Positions 39,070 to 52,900 of a DNA stretch of 64,000 nt are shown piece by piece. Source of the stretch: Eledone cirrhosa (lineage: Eukaryota); assembly GCA_964016885.1 (NCBI GenBank), contig OZ024753.1, positions 5,332,001 through 5,396,000 of the forward strand, given 5' to 3'. The notes under the pieces are model-generated. The model did no database searches and was not told where the DNA came from. It worked only from the letters and a program-made list of their open reading frames with translations. The stretch's first letter is position 1. Every line of letters begins with the position of its first letter. The position numbers and the translations under genes are program-made.

Positions 39070-39954
39070 AACTAAAGTACCAGTTAAATACTTGGGTCCA
39101 CTATATGCTCTTCTAAAATTTTCTGGCCTTGTGCCTAAATTAGAAATCATTATAGGGCTACTGAATCAGGGCCAATTTGATGCAAAGCAACCACAATCAA
39201 TAGCCATATGAAATGTTCCCTCCAATTGTGCATATAAACACGCAGGCATACATTGTGCAAATTAAGTTAATGTGCACACAAAAGATTGATAGATCCTGCA
39301 TTGATTCTGACAATGAGAAGCCAGTTGTGTGATTAACTGGGTGTTTATCTCATCAAATTAACATGTAAGGGGTTAAGTTAAGTATGCCACAGATATGTGT
39401 ACCTTTAACCCCTTTTTTTTTATCATATAATGAAAAATACTCCCTAAGATTTTCAAATAATTTGGAGTGACTTAGTAATATAATTAACTAAGTAAATAGG
39501 ACCACCAAAAACTTAAATCTAAACATATATACACCTAGAACAAATGCAAAGTAAATACTGTATGTAAATAATTGTTTCTACTTTAGGCACAAGGCCAGCA
39601 ATTACCCAGTGCATTACTGGTACTTTATTTTATCGACCCCGTAAGGATCAAAGGCAAAGTCAACCTCGGTAAATAATACACTCAGAAAACAAAGCTAACA
39701 ATAAACTAAGCACCCAGGGGATAAGACCATCAAATGCTAAACTTGTAACTAATACACACATTAAAACAAAGCTAATTACAAACTAAATGTCTATACTAGA
39801 TTCAAGACATCCTCCATAATTCCTACCTCAAACATCATCCGTATTTCCTGAGTCATATTGTGTAAATCAAACCACCAACACTCTCTAAATACTAGTACAG
39901 GAGAAACAAACTTTTTCAAGCTCTAACTTTCTCATTATTAAGCTGATGTTTAGG

Positions 39955-40167
39955 ACAGTGGATTGGCAGTATCGTTAGAGCGTCAGACATTATGCTTTGC
40001 GGAATAGTTATGTCCTCTTATGTTCTGAGTTCAAATCCCACCGAGATTAGCTTTGCCTTTCATCCTTACAGGGTCGATAAAATAAAGTACCAGTCACGCA
40101 CTGGGGTCGATTTAATTGACTTTCCCCTCCTACAAAATTACTGGCCTTGTGCCTAAATCAGAAACCT
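39955..40167 (+). mobile_element. Abundant tRNA-derived SINE, representative copy (about 30 copies or fragments in the window)
   Basis: GATTGGCAGTATCGTTAGAG head, GAGTTCAAATCC box B, GCCTTTCATCCTTACGGGGTCGATAAAATAAAGTACCAG body; ~17-bp TSD TTATTAAGCTG(A/G)TGTTT. Confidence 0.9.
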
Positions 40168-40539
40168 TTATTAAGCTGGTGTTTGGTCTCAAAATGGTTA
40201 AATGAATATCACAGCATGTATTTTGGAAAAGTAGCATAATCAAATATTGGTAGCCAAATCTGACAATCCAGGCACACTGACTAGAAAAAGTTAAAGGAAA
40301 CCTTGCCTATGAACCCTATTTTTAACCTCAACCAACACCAACACACCGAGAAAAAGACCAAGGAACTAAATGGCTGGCACCAGCATGACTACAAGAAAAA
40401 TAGAGATAAGTGACATGCTTTAGCATACAATGACAGAATATTATACAGTCTCATGTGAGCCGACAATACTTTAAAAACTCAGCCAATTGTTTGCATTTTA
40501 ACTTACACACAAAACACAGACATGTACATACATGTCTGT

Positions 40540-40564
40540 ACAGACACACACACACACACATATA

Positions 40565-40613
<49 letters not shown>

Positions 40614-40628
40614 ATATATATTATATAT

Positions 40629-40660
<32 letters not shown>

Positions 40661-41245
40661 ACATATATATATATATATAACATATATATATATAACATAT
40701 ATATATATATAACATATATATATATATATATATAACATATATATAACATATATATATAACATATATATAACATATATATATAACATATATATAACATATA
40801 TATATATAACATATATATAACATATATATATATATAACATATATATATATAACATATATATATATAACATATATATATAACATATATATATATATATATA
40901 TAACATATATATATATAACATATATAAATATATAACATATATAAATATATATATATATATAACATATATAAATATATATATATATAACATATATATATAT
41001 ATATATATAACATATATAAATATATATATATATAACATATATATATATATATAACATATATAAATATATATAACATATATATATATATATAACATATATA
41101 TATATATATAACATATATATATATATATAACATATATATATATATATAACATATATATATATATATAACATATATATATATATATAACATATATATATAT
41201 ATATAACATATATATATAACATATATATATATATAACGTTATATA
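40540..41245. repeat. Long (TA)n / (TAACATATA)n microsatellite
   Basis: ~700 bp; many further TA, CA and GA tracts at 14.0, 14.6, 21-22, 45.5, 52.6-54.5 and 60.1-60.7 kb. Confidence 0.97.
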
Positions 41246-42651
41246 TGGATTGGCAGTATCGGTAGAGGGTCGGACGCCATGCTTTGACGTATAGAGTTAC
41301 GGCCCTTGCCATTCTGAGTTCAAATCCCGCCGAGGTTAACTTTGCCTTTCATCCTTACGAGGTCGATAAAATAAAGTACCAGTAATGCACTGGGTAATAG
41401 CTGGCCTTGTGCCAAAAGTAGAAACAGTTATATATATATATATATATATATATGTTATATATATATATATATGTTATATATATCTGTTATATATATATAT
41501 ATATCTTATATATATATAACACATATATATATATATGTTATATATATATGTTATATATATATATATATATATGTGTATATATGTTATATATATATATATG
41601 TTATATATAAATGAAAAGTATAGAAATTGTTGTAGCGAGAAGCTAACAGTATTCCATAACATATATGTGACTATAGTGTCAAAATGGGAAAATAGTTAAC
41701 ATAAGATATGGGAAAAATAATTCAGACTCAATTCAAAAGGAATCAGGATATAGATTTATCCAACAGAATTTAGAGAAATCCAGGGAAAAATCAATAGAGC
41801 CTTAACTCATGATAAAACAAAGTCTAAAGTACTCAACCTTCAATTTGGGACAACTTCAAATGCTCTGTATAGTCTTGAAAAGACTATTTCACGAAAATTT
41901 TCAGTGGGGATGGTCACCGTTGGATTTCGTTCATCAGCAGAGCTCAACATGGTAACCAAGGTCTCACTGGTAATATGCCTAAAAGGGAATTTAAAAGCAG
42001 GCTAGTTTTAACATCATGCGTGATTATTAAAATAAACGCACATGTGGAAAAACAGGGCTGGTGACGTCAGAATGAGACAAATGTTTGTTTACATGAAACA
42101 ACAGTCAAAAACATTCCGAAAGAAAACTCTACAAAAGGAGTTCAGCAAAAAGCAATATCATCGCGGTCTTTTTTTTTTTTAAATACCAGGATTAGTCACA
42201 AATAATTTAAGCACTCTATTAAATAAATCCGAGTATATGTTAATTTTCTTGACATTTGTACATTATTCTATGTACTATACATGCACCTTTGATGAGTTGT
42301 AGTGCACCTGAGCACTGTACACAATAATTTCATTATTATTATATTATTTATATATATAAATGAAAAGTATAGAAATTGTTGTAGAACAGTATTCCATAAC
42401 ATATATGTGACTATAGCGTCAAAATGGGAAAATAGTTAACATAAGATATGATATATGTTACATATATATATGTTACATATATATATATTATATATATTGT
42501 TATACTTTGGGAGGGTCATGTTGCCAATAAGAAACACACACACCAGTTGCTTTCACTTCAATTTATTATAATAAATTTATAAATTTAGGAATTTATAAAT
42601 TTCCGGTTGGTTGGTTGGTTGGTTCCACAACCAAATGATTGTTTATACATT

Positions 42652-42694
42652 GTCAAAGTTCTTTCGTGACACATTCTGTGACCTCTTCAGTGAC
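42652..42694 (-). ncRNA. Minimal type I hammerhead motif (degenerate)
   Basis: GUCA-CUGAAGA-GGUCACAGAAUGUGUCAC-GAAA-GAAC-UU-UGAC. Confidence 0.55.
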
Positions 42695-43364
42695 TGGGGA
42701 TTCTTTTCTTTGTTTTTGTGCCTCTCCTTTGTTCTGTCCTACGCCATCTCCAAAAACAAGATGGCGTAGGACAGAACAAAGGAGAGGCAGGAATTGTCTT
42801 TCAGCTTTCTAATTTCTTGACCAATACATTTACAAAAACTCAAAAGCAACATCAATTGTCATCTTTTTCCTTAACTCTTTAGCATTTACATTACTCTATA
42901 TTTATTATTGTATTTTCACTATAAACACTTTATCTCACATAATTGTCTTACATAATATAGAATCTATGAGAATTTGATATTATTTATTTTGAGAACAATA
43001 CCTTAAAATAAGTATAAGCAGTTAGTTATGGCCAGATTGAACAAAAAGAGGTGAGAGAATTCTGGCCGGATACAGCCAGTTTAAATGCTAAAGGGCTAAA
43101 TCAAGTTCTCTCTATCGTGTCCTTTTCTCTTCTCAGCACCCCTTTGCCTTGATTGGGGTTAGTAGATTAAAAATTAAAAAAAATTAAAAAGCCATTGAAC
43201 CACACAAAGACATGCTGATAATTATAAAGAGAGGAAAACTGAAATAGTGTAGTGAAGTCTTCAGTAGTTCCAGCCATGCAAAGAAACCATCTTGTAAGGT
43301 ACAGGAAGAACAAGACATAATGAAGAAAAAAGAACAAATAAAAATTTAACAACTTCACACTAAG

Positions 43365-43675
43365 GGAAAACAGTCAGGGGTGGTGTGGGCTGGTAGTGAC
43401 CCAACAGTAAGTGAAAACAGACAGAGGTAGTGTGGACTGCTTGTTACCCAGGAGTAACTGAAAATTGTCAGGGGTGTTGTGGACTGGTTGTGGCCCAGGA
43501 GTAACTGAAAACTGATAGGGGTGGTATGGACTGGTAGTGAACAAACCCAACAGTAACTGAAAACTGTCAAGGGTAGTGTGGACTGGTTGTGGCCCAATAG
43601 TAACTGAAAATAGTCGGGGGTGGTGTGGACTGGTAGTGTCTGAAAACAGCTAGGGGTGGTGTGGACTGGTTGTGA
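43365..43675. repeat. ~46-bp minisatellite
   Basis: gtaactgaaaactgtcaggggtggtgtggactggttgtggccca units, ~7 copies. Confidence 0.85.
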
Positions 43676-45524
43676 AATTTGTTTGGGGCTTTTTTAAAAC
43701 CTAGCAGAGTTCATACCCTCTCCAGGTTTGAACACAATCGATTTCTCCAGAGGAAGAGAGAAAGAGGGAGGAGGGAGAGAATCGACCCAGTATTAGATCA
43801 GTACTTTATTTATCGACCTCAAAAGGATGAAAGGTAAAATTGACCTCGGCGAGTTTTTCATTCAGAACGTAGATATCCGGATCGAATACTGCAAAGCATT
43901 CTATCCGATATTCTAATGTCTCTGTCAATTTGCCGCCAGTAGAATACATCTCAATGTACTAAATTTATATATATATATGAAGTCACAAGGTACTGAATTT
44001 ATATATATATATATTATAGTAGCAACAGAACTGAGAGACTGTGTGACTGTCATGCATGTCTTGAAGATCCTTGACAACGTAAAACGGATTTGACCAGTGA
44101 CCGGCAATAGAAAGCAAGTTGAGGACTTTGTTAAACCAAGTAGCTTATCTCTACTTGACAGCGATCGCTGCACTTTTGGCGCCCGCCACTATTAATGACA
44201 TATATCAAAAACTAAAAATAGTTAGTTAATTAGACGGGAGCGGGCGGGGGGAGGGAGAACCAAGAGGTAAAGGGAAAAAGAAATAGAGACAGCAGCAAGG
44301 GGACATAACACACGACACGGAAATGGCAATTTACTTATCTCCCCTGCCGGCAACCACAACTCTTGTCAACGACGAACCTCATTGTTGTCATTCGACCTGC
44401 TAGAAATAGTAGGCAAAATAGACCACAAATCAAACCCTACCGTCTTAAAAATAGAAAGAGACCCCTGAACAACATAGTACTAGATAGAAGCGTCAGAAAT
44501 AAAGATAGGATGGTCACGACTGGTATGGCTTTTCCAAGTAGGTTTACTATTCAGCGTTGACTTAGGGCTACACAACAACTATGTCACTAGGGCTCACACC
44601 ATTTGTCTATTAAGGCTTCTTTAGAAAGATTTAAAAAAAAATAAATTTACTAATTTGAAATATTATTATCGGTAAATCTAATATTATTGACTAAAATAAT
44701 TCCAGGGGAGGGGGGGGGGGGGGCTTTTTGTTTGTTTATTTATATTAAAACATGAAATACTCTTTTAAAATATACTAAAAAGCACCTTAGTGGGCGTTGG
44801 TGCTACAAAAGGGATCTTCTTGTACACGATCATTGTACATCATATATATATGTGTGTGTGGTGTATGTATATATATATGTGTGTGTGTATATATATATAG
44901 TGTATGGTGTGTGTTTGTAACTGCATTGTCATCTAAAGTACCCCTCCATTTATTAATTTTGGGGGGGAGGGAGGGGGTCACTGTTATTTCTAGTGAGTTC
45001 AACGATCACTTACAGAATTTTTGTCGTTGGCTTGAAGTAATATTTTTATCAATCCTTCTTCTTGCCATATATCTCGTGTTTATCTATCTATGCTATTTAT
45101 ATATCTATCTGTCTATGTGTCTATCTATCACTCGATCCATCTATCCATCTCTCTATCTATGGTATTTATCCAATATTCGTAGCTGGTCTTTGACCAACGT
45201 CAGCAAAAAAAGATAAAAGTTTGCGAAGAATTGCATACTTTAAATAAGACAGAAAACGAGAATAAAATGGATAATGAGACATTAATACAGATGAGAGAGA
45301 GAGAGAAAGAGAGAGAGAGAGGGAGGGAGAGAGAGAGAGAGATTTGTAAATATTAATTTTAAATCATCGTATGTCTTCATTGGTTACAAGATCCAGTAAA
45401 GACATTTCACTATACTGAAAAGTAATTAGCACCACATAGTACTTCATACAGATACTGACACAAACTTTCCAAAGTGTTACATTTGTAGATACTTACACAC
45501 ACCCATTTCACACACACACACACA

Positions 45525-45590
<66 letters not shown>

Positions 45591-45628
45591 TGCGTGTGTG
45601 TGTGTATATATATATATATATAGTGTGC

Positions 45629-45663
<35 letters not shown>

Positions 45664-45782
45664 ACAAATTAAGATGACAGTTCTCAGTAGTCATTTAATC
45701 TGTACAATAGCTTTGAATTGTTTCGACACAAAATTTTCATTAAACACATTTGGCAAATGTAATTCATAATATATATACAACC

Positions 45783-45871
<89 letters not shown>

Positions 45872-46415
45872 TGGTTCAATCGGGGGTAACCACAGTAAGG
45901 TACTCAATACATTAGTAGAGTATATGCAAAGTTTAATATAGAAATGGTTTCTACAGGACTAGAACTGTTTCATTCGAAGGAAATCACCAGGAAAGCCCTG
46001 ATGATTTCCTTCGAATGAAACCGTTCTAGTCCTGTAGAAGCCATTTCTATATTAAACTTTATATATATATATACTGTCAGATATAATAAATATAACAATA
46101 ACAATACCTTCGTGTGCTTGATCTTTTAGAAATTATTTTAAAATCCGTCAAATACAGTTCATATATATAGTCAGGTTTAATCATGGGCACTTAATCTTTG
46201 TTATACATTTTTCTGATATAATCAATTTCCATATCCTGTTGTTATTATTGTAACACTTGTAGTAGATGTTTATTTCCATTTTAATGTTTTGGTGGTTGTA
46301 TATTGTAGGGGCGGATCTCTTTTGTTTGTGTCTCTACCAATGAATCTCTGTATAAATGTTGATCTGTTGATTCGTGTCGCTAAATCTATCTACATATATA
46401 CATGCATACATACGC

Positions 46416-46510
<95 letters not shown>

Positions 46511-47188
46511 TTGCAAGGTTTTTGATATGTATTTTACTATATATTTCGAGCGATATTATAACATGACCCTCCCCAAATATAACAGTATATATATATATAT
46601 ATATATATGGAAGCGGTAAACTCCGTTAGACCATTACTCACGAGAGTACTCGATACTTGGAGTAGTAGAGTGGGTAAAATGAAAAATTCAGGACCCCGAT
46701 GGCTAGCTCCTACCGTTTCAACAGCTAGATCCGAACTATATATATATGTACAAAGCTGATATATTCTTCTAAAAATGACCCCAACGATTCCGAATTATAA
46801 ATTCTTGATAAGAGAATGGGGGAAGGGGTTGTTGTTAGCAGACTTTTTAAGCAATGGAAAATACTCTGTGGCCGGTCATTAACCTTTTTAGTTTCGAGGA
46901 GGGAGATGAGGAATTCGGATATTTTGTTTCTATAAGTGTCGTTGGTTAGCTTCCGTTAAAATAGACAGGCTTTGTAATTGTAATATTAAGTTGTTGTTGG
47001 TGGTGGTGGTGGTTGTTATTATTGTGATCGGGATCAGTGGTGGCCGGTATGATGTTGTTATAAATGCTGGTGCTGTTTACGGTTGTAGTCATTGCAAAGA
47101 ATCATCAATATGTTTGTGTGGGGAGTGAATATGATGAGTTCGAGTGGGCATTTGTAGGTGGTTTCTCTGTGTGTAAGCGTGAGATATT

Positions 47189-47248
<60 letters not shown>

Positions 47249-48770
47249 TATACGATGAGTGTGTGTGACTGACTGACTACGCCAGCTAAAGAGTCTATAT
47301 GAGTAAGGAAAGGGAGTATGTATGTTTGTATGTATATATATATATATGTGTGTGTGTAAATATGTGAGCATATAAGACTTCGAGACAGTGGTTGAGAATG
47401 TGTGTGTATTTGTTAATGACTGTACACGGATATAGATAGGAAGCAAACGAATGTGTAAGTGTGTACGTTTGTGTATGTATGAATTGACTTCACGCCATAA
47501 AAGAAACTATACAGAAAAGGATAAGTGTGTCCGTTTTAATGTTAAAAAATTTGTTAAACATCGAGAAAGAGAAATAGTTTATATGTAGGTACGATTGTTA
47601 ACGGAGTAACATACTGTGATAAAAGAAAATAGGTTGTGAAGATGTGTATAAGAATGTAAGAGAAAGTGTATATGTATAAGTGCACAGTAACGGAGAGAAT
47701 GTGTGAGATAATAAAGGAAGTGTGTTTATGAACGAGTGTATAATGTCATATGTATGTGTGTAAGAGAAAAAAACAATGACACACGCACTTGCAGTGTAAG
47801 AGAGAAAAAAAGGGAAGATACTAACAGTGTGTATATATATATGTGTGTGTGTGTTGATGTCCGTACAGAGCAGACTACATACATAAACAGACAGAAAGAA
47901 AGAGTGAATGAGAAGAAAATTAAAGATAGGGGTAGAGCGAAAGAGAGAGAAATTACTGAAAAAGAGAGATAGATAATAATTGTTTGAGAAGAAAGAGAAA
48001 GAGAGGGAGAAAATGCATAAAGTGAGAAAAAAAACGAAAGAAGAACAGGGAAAGTAAAAATAAGAGTGAAATCGAGTAAAATGTAGGCAAGCAGGATGAA
48101 AAGAAGAAGTAGTGGTTAAGAGAGAGATAGGATGGTGTCCAAAAACAGAGGCGAGAATGAGATGGAGAAAAAAGAGAGAGTAGAGAGACAGAGAGAAGTG
48201 CGACTGAATTGCCGAGAGAGAGTGAAGAAAGAAAGACTGACAGAGTGAAAAGAGAGCAATTAAGTGAAGTAGAAAGAGAGAGCAATTAATTGAAGTAGAA
48301 AGAAAGAAAGAGAAACTGACAGATCGAGAGAGAGAGCAATTAAGTAAAGTAGAAAGAGAGAGAGAAAGAGTGTAGTTATTTCGCCGGGATATTTTAGTGG
48401 ACACTTTAAGCTGCAAACTTTTTTTTCTAATTTAACACACAACCTATCTATCTATTTGCTTTTAACAATCAACTATTGTAAATTATCACAATTACGTCTT
48501 CTTACCTTATTCGATATTAACACCACTGGCTGCTAAATCTTTCCTTTTTTCCCTCGTTTCTCATACATATATATCGTGTTTTCGACCACAAGATATTCCC
48601 TTACGATGCAGTTCGCTCCTCCATGCATACTATTGCCAAAAAAAAAAAAAAAATGACTAACCACTCCACTTGCAATGGTTCTTTTCCTTTCTCCTTCCTT
48701 CTCTCTCTCTCACTCTCTCAATTTACATTCTTTCTCTCCTTTTCTCTTACCCTTTTGATTGTCATTCTTT

Positions 48771-48812
<42 letters not shown>

Positions 48813-49199
48813 ATTGTCGTTCTCTCTCTCACACACACACACCTCTCTCTCGTTGTCCTTCCTATGTATTCTCCTCTAAAACTATCCCCCCTACCTATCT
48901 CTTTTACAGATTCTTAACAAATTTAATATAAACAAAGAATGACATGCTATATTATAGAGCAGTTCTGAAGAATATGCGCGGGGGTGGGAGAGCGACAGAG
49001 AGAAAGAAAGTACATGGTCTCCGAATACAATTTTGAGAAGCAGACACCACAACTTTTGTGGACCCCAGGTAGTCAGTGCTGGACTTAACTATAAGCTTCG
49101 GGCCTTACAACCTCGGGGGGCCTCATTTTTGAAAATATATTTTTGTTTTATCACTAATTTTTATTCTTTAACACTAAATCATTAGTTCTCTTGTTACAA

Positions 49200-49645
49200 T
49201 CACAGAGACAGGATCAGATTATATAAAGGAGCCAGGGCCAAATGTACAAAGATTGTAGAAAATGATGTGAAGGTGACTTGCCACATATATAGGAACAAAT
49301 TTTGGAATAAGATAGAAAGAATTAAGACCAATAAAGTCACCTCATGGTATGACAGCAATAAATACCAGAGTGTAATGTTTGGTAATGCAACACCCAGAGG
49401 CAAACTAGCTTACAGATTCAAAAGGGCTCAGGACAAACAAAAATTAAATATTAAGATAGTTGTAAGACCAGGTATTTCCATAAAAACCCTAATTAGTAGA
49501 AAAAAAACCCTGCACTGAGAGGAAATGTATAGTCTGCAAATTAAACCCACAAACTAACTGCAAAACTAGGAACGTATATAGCATAAGATGTACTGAGGGA
49601 CAGTGTAGGAATAAGAACTCAACTTACGTAAATGAGACTACCCAT
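49200..49645 (+). mobile_element. Penelope-like element relic (linker/GIY-YIG region)
   Basis: SVMF..ATPRGKLA...IKIVVRPGISIK, then C..C, NCKTRNVY..CT..QC..TYVNET across broken frames. Confidence 0.6.
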
Positions 49646-50220
49646 AGCATAGCATAGCAGCTGTATAAAAATGTGCAGAGTGCTCAAAGTTGATGGAAGC
49701 CGTGGAGTGAGGAGACCCAAGAAGATCTGGGATGAGCTGATAAACACTGATCTTGCCCAATTGCACTGTTCAAAGGCGATGACACAGGACTGAGATCTCT
49801 GGCGTTATGCAGTAATACAGAAGACCCGACTTCCCATGGTTACAAGCTGAAGCTAAAGCATATAGACAGTATGCCCCCACCCACCCCTCCCACTGTAAAG
49901 TGGTTGCGTAGGTGTCACGACAAAAAAACACCCAGTCCACACTGTAAAGTGGTCGTTTAGGCACCACAGTAAAAAGCACCCAGTACGCACTGTAAATGAA
50001 GTTGGTGTTAGGAAGGGCATCCAGCTGTAGAAATCAAGCCAAAATCAATTCTATATGAGCAAGACATGGTCACCTGACCTGGCATTGCCCACAACAGGAC
50101 AATTCGTCTAACCCATGCTAATGTGGAAGAATGGACATAAAATGGTGATGATGATGATGATAATATATATATATATATATAATATATAAGATCAAAAGAT
50201 GGTTAAAGGAGTTCCATGTA

Positions 50221-50287
50221 TTTTATTATGCGCATTTCAGAAACAAACATCATCATGCAATAATATTTGTGTTTTCATCAGATAAAA
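50221..50287 (-). ncRNA. Type I hammerhead ribozyme motif (left arm of palindrome)
   Basis: UUUUAU-CUGAUGA-stem II-GAAA-UGCGCA-UA-AUAAAA. Confidence 0.72.
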
Positions 50288-50388
50288 CAGGAGGACATGA
50301 TATGAAGGCTAAAAAACACTTGTGGATAGTGCAGTTTTAAATCAACATATCCACAAGTGTTTTTTAGCCTTCATATCATGTCCTCCTG

Positions 50389-50455
50389 TTTTATCTGATG
50401 AAAACACAAATATTATTGCATGATGATGTTTGTTTTTGAAATGCGCATAATAAAA
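50389..50455 (+). ncRNA. Type I hammerhead ribozyme motif (right arm of palindrome)
   Basis: TTTTAT CTGATGA AAACACAAATATTATT-GCAT-GATGATGTTTGTTTTT GAAA TGCGCA TA ATAAAA. Confidence 0.75.
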
Positions 50456-50580
50456 TACATGGAACTCCCTTAACCATCTTTTGATCTTATATATTATGTA
50501 TACTCCAGTCCTACAAACTGTAGAGTGCTTCTTATCCGATATCTGCATTGCTTTATTGTACTACAATAAAACTCACCTCC

Positions 50581-50619
<39 letters not shown>

Positions 50620-51589
50620 TGTAGCCCTGACATTCGCAGTCCCGGTTATTCACAGAATTTTCCTTAGACCTAACTAATAATTGTTCGTGGAAATCACCGC
50701 ATATTCATGGAATCGTGGATATCTTCAGCGATATTATTATGGCTTTTTTCATGGCAATATATATATTTTTTAATGCTAAATTAGTAATAATTGGCCTATT
50801 AGATGCCCCTTCGCATAAGACACTCCCTCTTTTTTATCATATTTTACGTTATATTTTGACATTTATAGGCATTTTTATGAACCACGTCCAATATTCACGG
50901 TTTTTCACTCCTCGCGGGTGCTCTAGTAACGTAACCGACACGAATACCAGGGGACAACTGTACAATGATGATGATGATGATATATATATATATACAGACA
51001 CACACACACACACACGCTTCTCACAGGAAGCAAAGAGCACAACTATGAGCTCTTCTAGCCTTGAAATGATGCTGAGGTAGGTGAGAACTGGATAGATAAA
51101 TTAATTGAGGTAGTATGTGAGAGATTCATCAGTTATCTCCACTTATGTGCTACTACAAACAGGGTTAACTAAGAACAAATGGACCACTTCATTAAGGACC
51201 TCTTTTAGACTATCTCAATAACAAATGACTGTAATTAACTTAGCTAGCAACTTCACTGAACATGTTGGGCAGCACTAAGATGGCTACTTTGTAGTACACA
51301 GTGACTATAACTACAACTACTCAAACAAATGAAGAGAAATCAATGTTCCTAGAGTTCAGCATCATCAACACCATTTTTACGTCTGTTTTTCCACACTTGC
51401 ATGGGTTGGTCGGGTCTTTTTCAGTTCAGCATCTCTCCACTCACTGTTCTTTCATCATCTCCTCTGTAGGTCTCAGCGATTTGAAATCAGCTCTCACCAC
51501 TTCTGCCTATCTGTTCCTTGGTCTATTTTTACTACGGCTTCCCTCCACTGGGATTTCCTGGCATTTCTTCACTCAGCAATCATCAATAC

Positions 51590-52270
51590 AGAAATGGTGA
51601 GAGATAATCTCAGGGTCAACGGCAAGAAACTAGAGTGTGTCAACAGTTTCAAATACTGGGAGGGGGGCAATCGTTTCAGATGAAGGATCTATACCCAAAG
51701 TACTCACCACATCTGCCCACACCACAGCAGCACTTACAAAACTTAAGACCATCTGAAATGACAAGAACATAGCCCTCCGCTCAACAATCAGGCTAGTGCG
51801 TTCTCTGGTCATGTCCATATTATCATATTATCATATGCCTGTGAATCTTGGACAATAACAACAGATCTGGAAAGAAGGATACAGGCTATGGAGATGAGAT
51901 GCTTCAGAAAACTCCTTGACATCACCTACAGAGACCGCATCTTCAATGAGGAGGTGTGAAACAGAATTTGGCAAGCCATTGAACCCTATGAAGACTTGTT
52001 AACCATTATGAAAAAATGTAAATTGAGATGATACAGGCACGTGACAAAATCTTCAGAGCTTGCCAAACCAGTCCTGCAGGGAACAGTACAAGGAGAGAAG
52101 AAGAGAGGCAGACAGAAAAAGATATAGGAGGACAACATCCTGGAATGGACAGGCATGAAGTTGGGTGCAACCATGAGAAGGGCGAAGAGGCGAGAGGAAT
52201 GGAAGGAGCTGGTTGCCAGGTCACCTGTGGCGCCCCAATGGTCCACCAGATTATGGGACAGGTGGGATGA
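51590..52270 (+). mobile_element. RTE/BovB-like LINE 3' fragment, second family (decayed)
   Basis: VNSFKY.GA, YACESWTITTDLERRIQAMEMRCFRKLL, LQGTVQGEKKRGRQ. Confidence 0.85.
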
Positions 52271-52655
52271 AAGAGATATGCCTAATAGCATCTTAATAAC
52301 AAAAAATTTGTCCAATTACTAAATCTTTTTTAAATTCTTGATTATTTAAAAGTATTTGAAAGAGTGGTAACTAAAGTGTTAATGAGAAAAGTGAAGACGT
52401 GACGAAAATGAAAACCCCCGACAGAAAAACAAACAAAGAAACAAAACATTTAATACTCATACTATTGTAAGCATATGAAAAAGCTCATGTCACCATCTAG
52501 TTTTGAACTTACTGAAACTAAGTGTATATGACAGAGCAGCACTCTAGCTAGTCTTTTCTGATTGGTCAATTTCTCTACTTGACTCTCTTAACGAAGAAAC
52601 ATAACACTTTACACTCACATATATTACACAGCAATACACACATGTGTGTGTATTG

Positions 52656-52695
<40 letters not shown>

Positions 52696-52751
52696 CATGC
52701 ATATACACCCATACATATACACACTTCTTCATATGTGCATACACATACATG

Positions 52752-52799
<48 letters not shown>

Positions 52800-52816
52800 A
52801 ATATACATACATGTAT

Positions 52817-52853
<37 letters not shown>

Positions 52854-52866
52854 TGTAAATATACAT

Positions 52867-52900
<34 letters not shown>

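Noticed and set aside
40455-41662. Long Y/I-rich ORFs (also at 21-22, 52-54 and 60 kb)
   Set aside because: Translations of (TA)n and (CA)n microsatellites.
41838-41978. Possible minus-strand exon (ttttag|...GAAG|gttgag)
   Set aside because: Weak donor, in-frame stop, no recognisable homology; a UTR exon cannot be excluded but is unsupported.
47598-48416. 272-aa minus-strand ORF
   Set aside because: F/S/L-rich translation of a GA-rich low-complexity tract.
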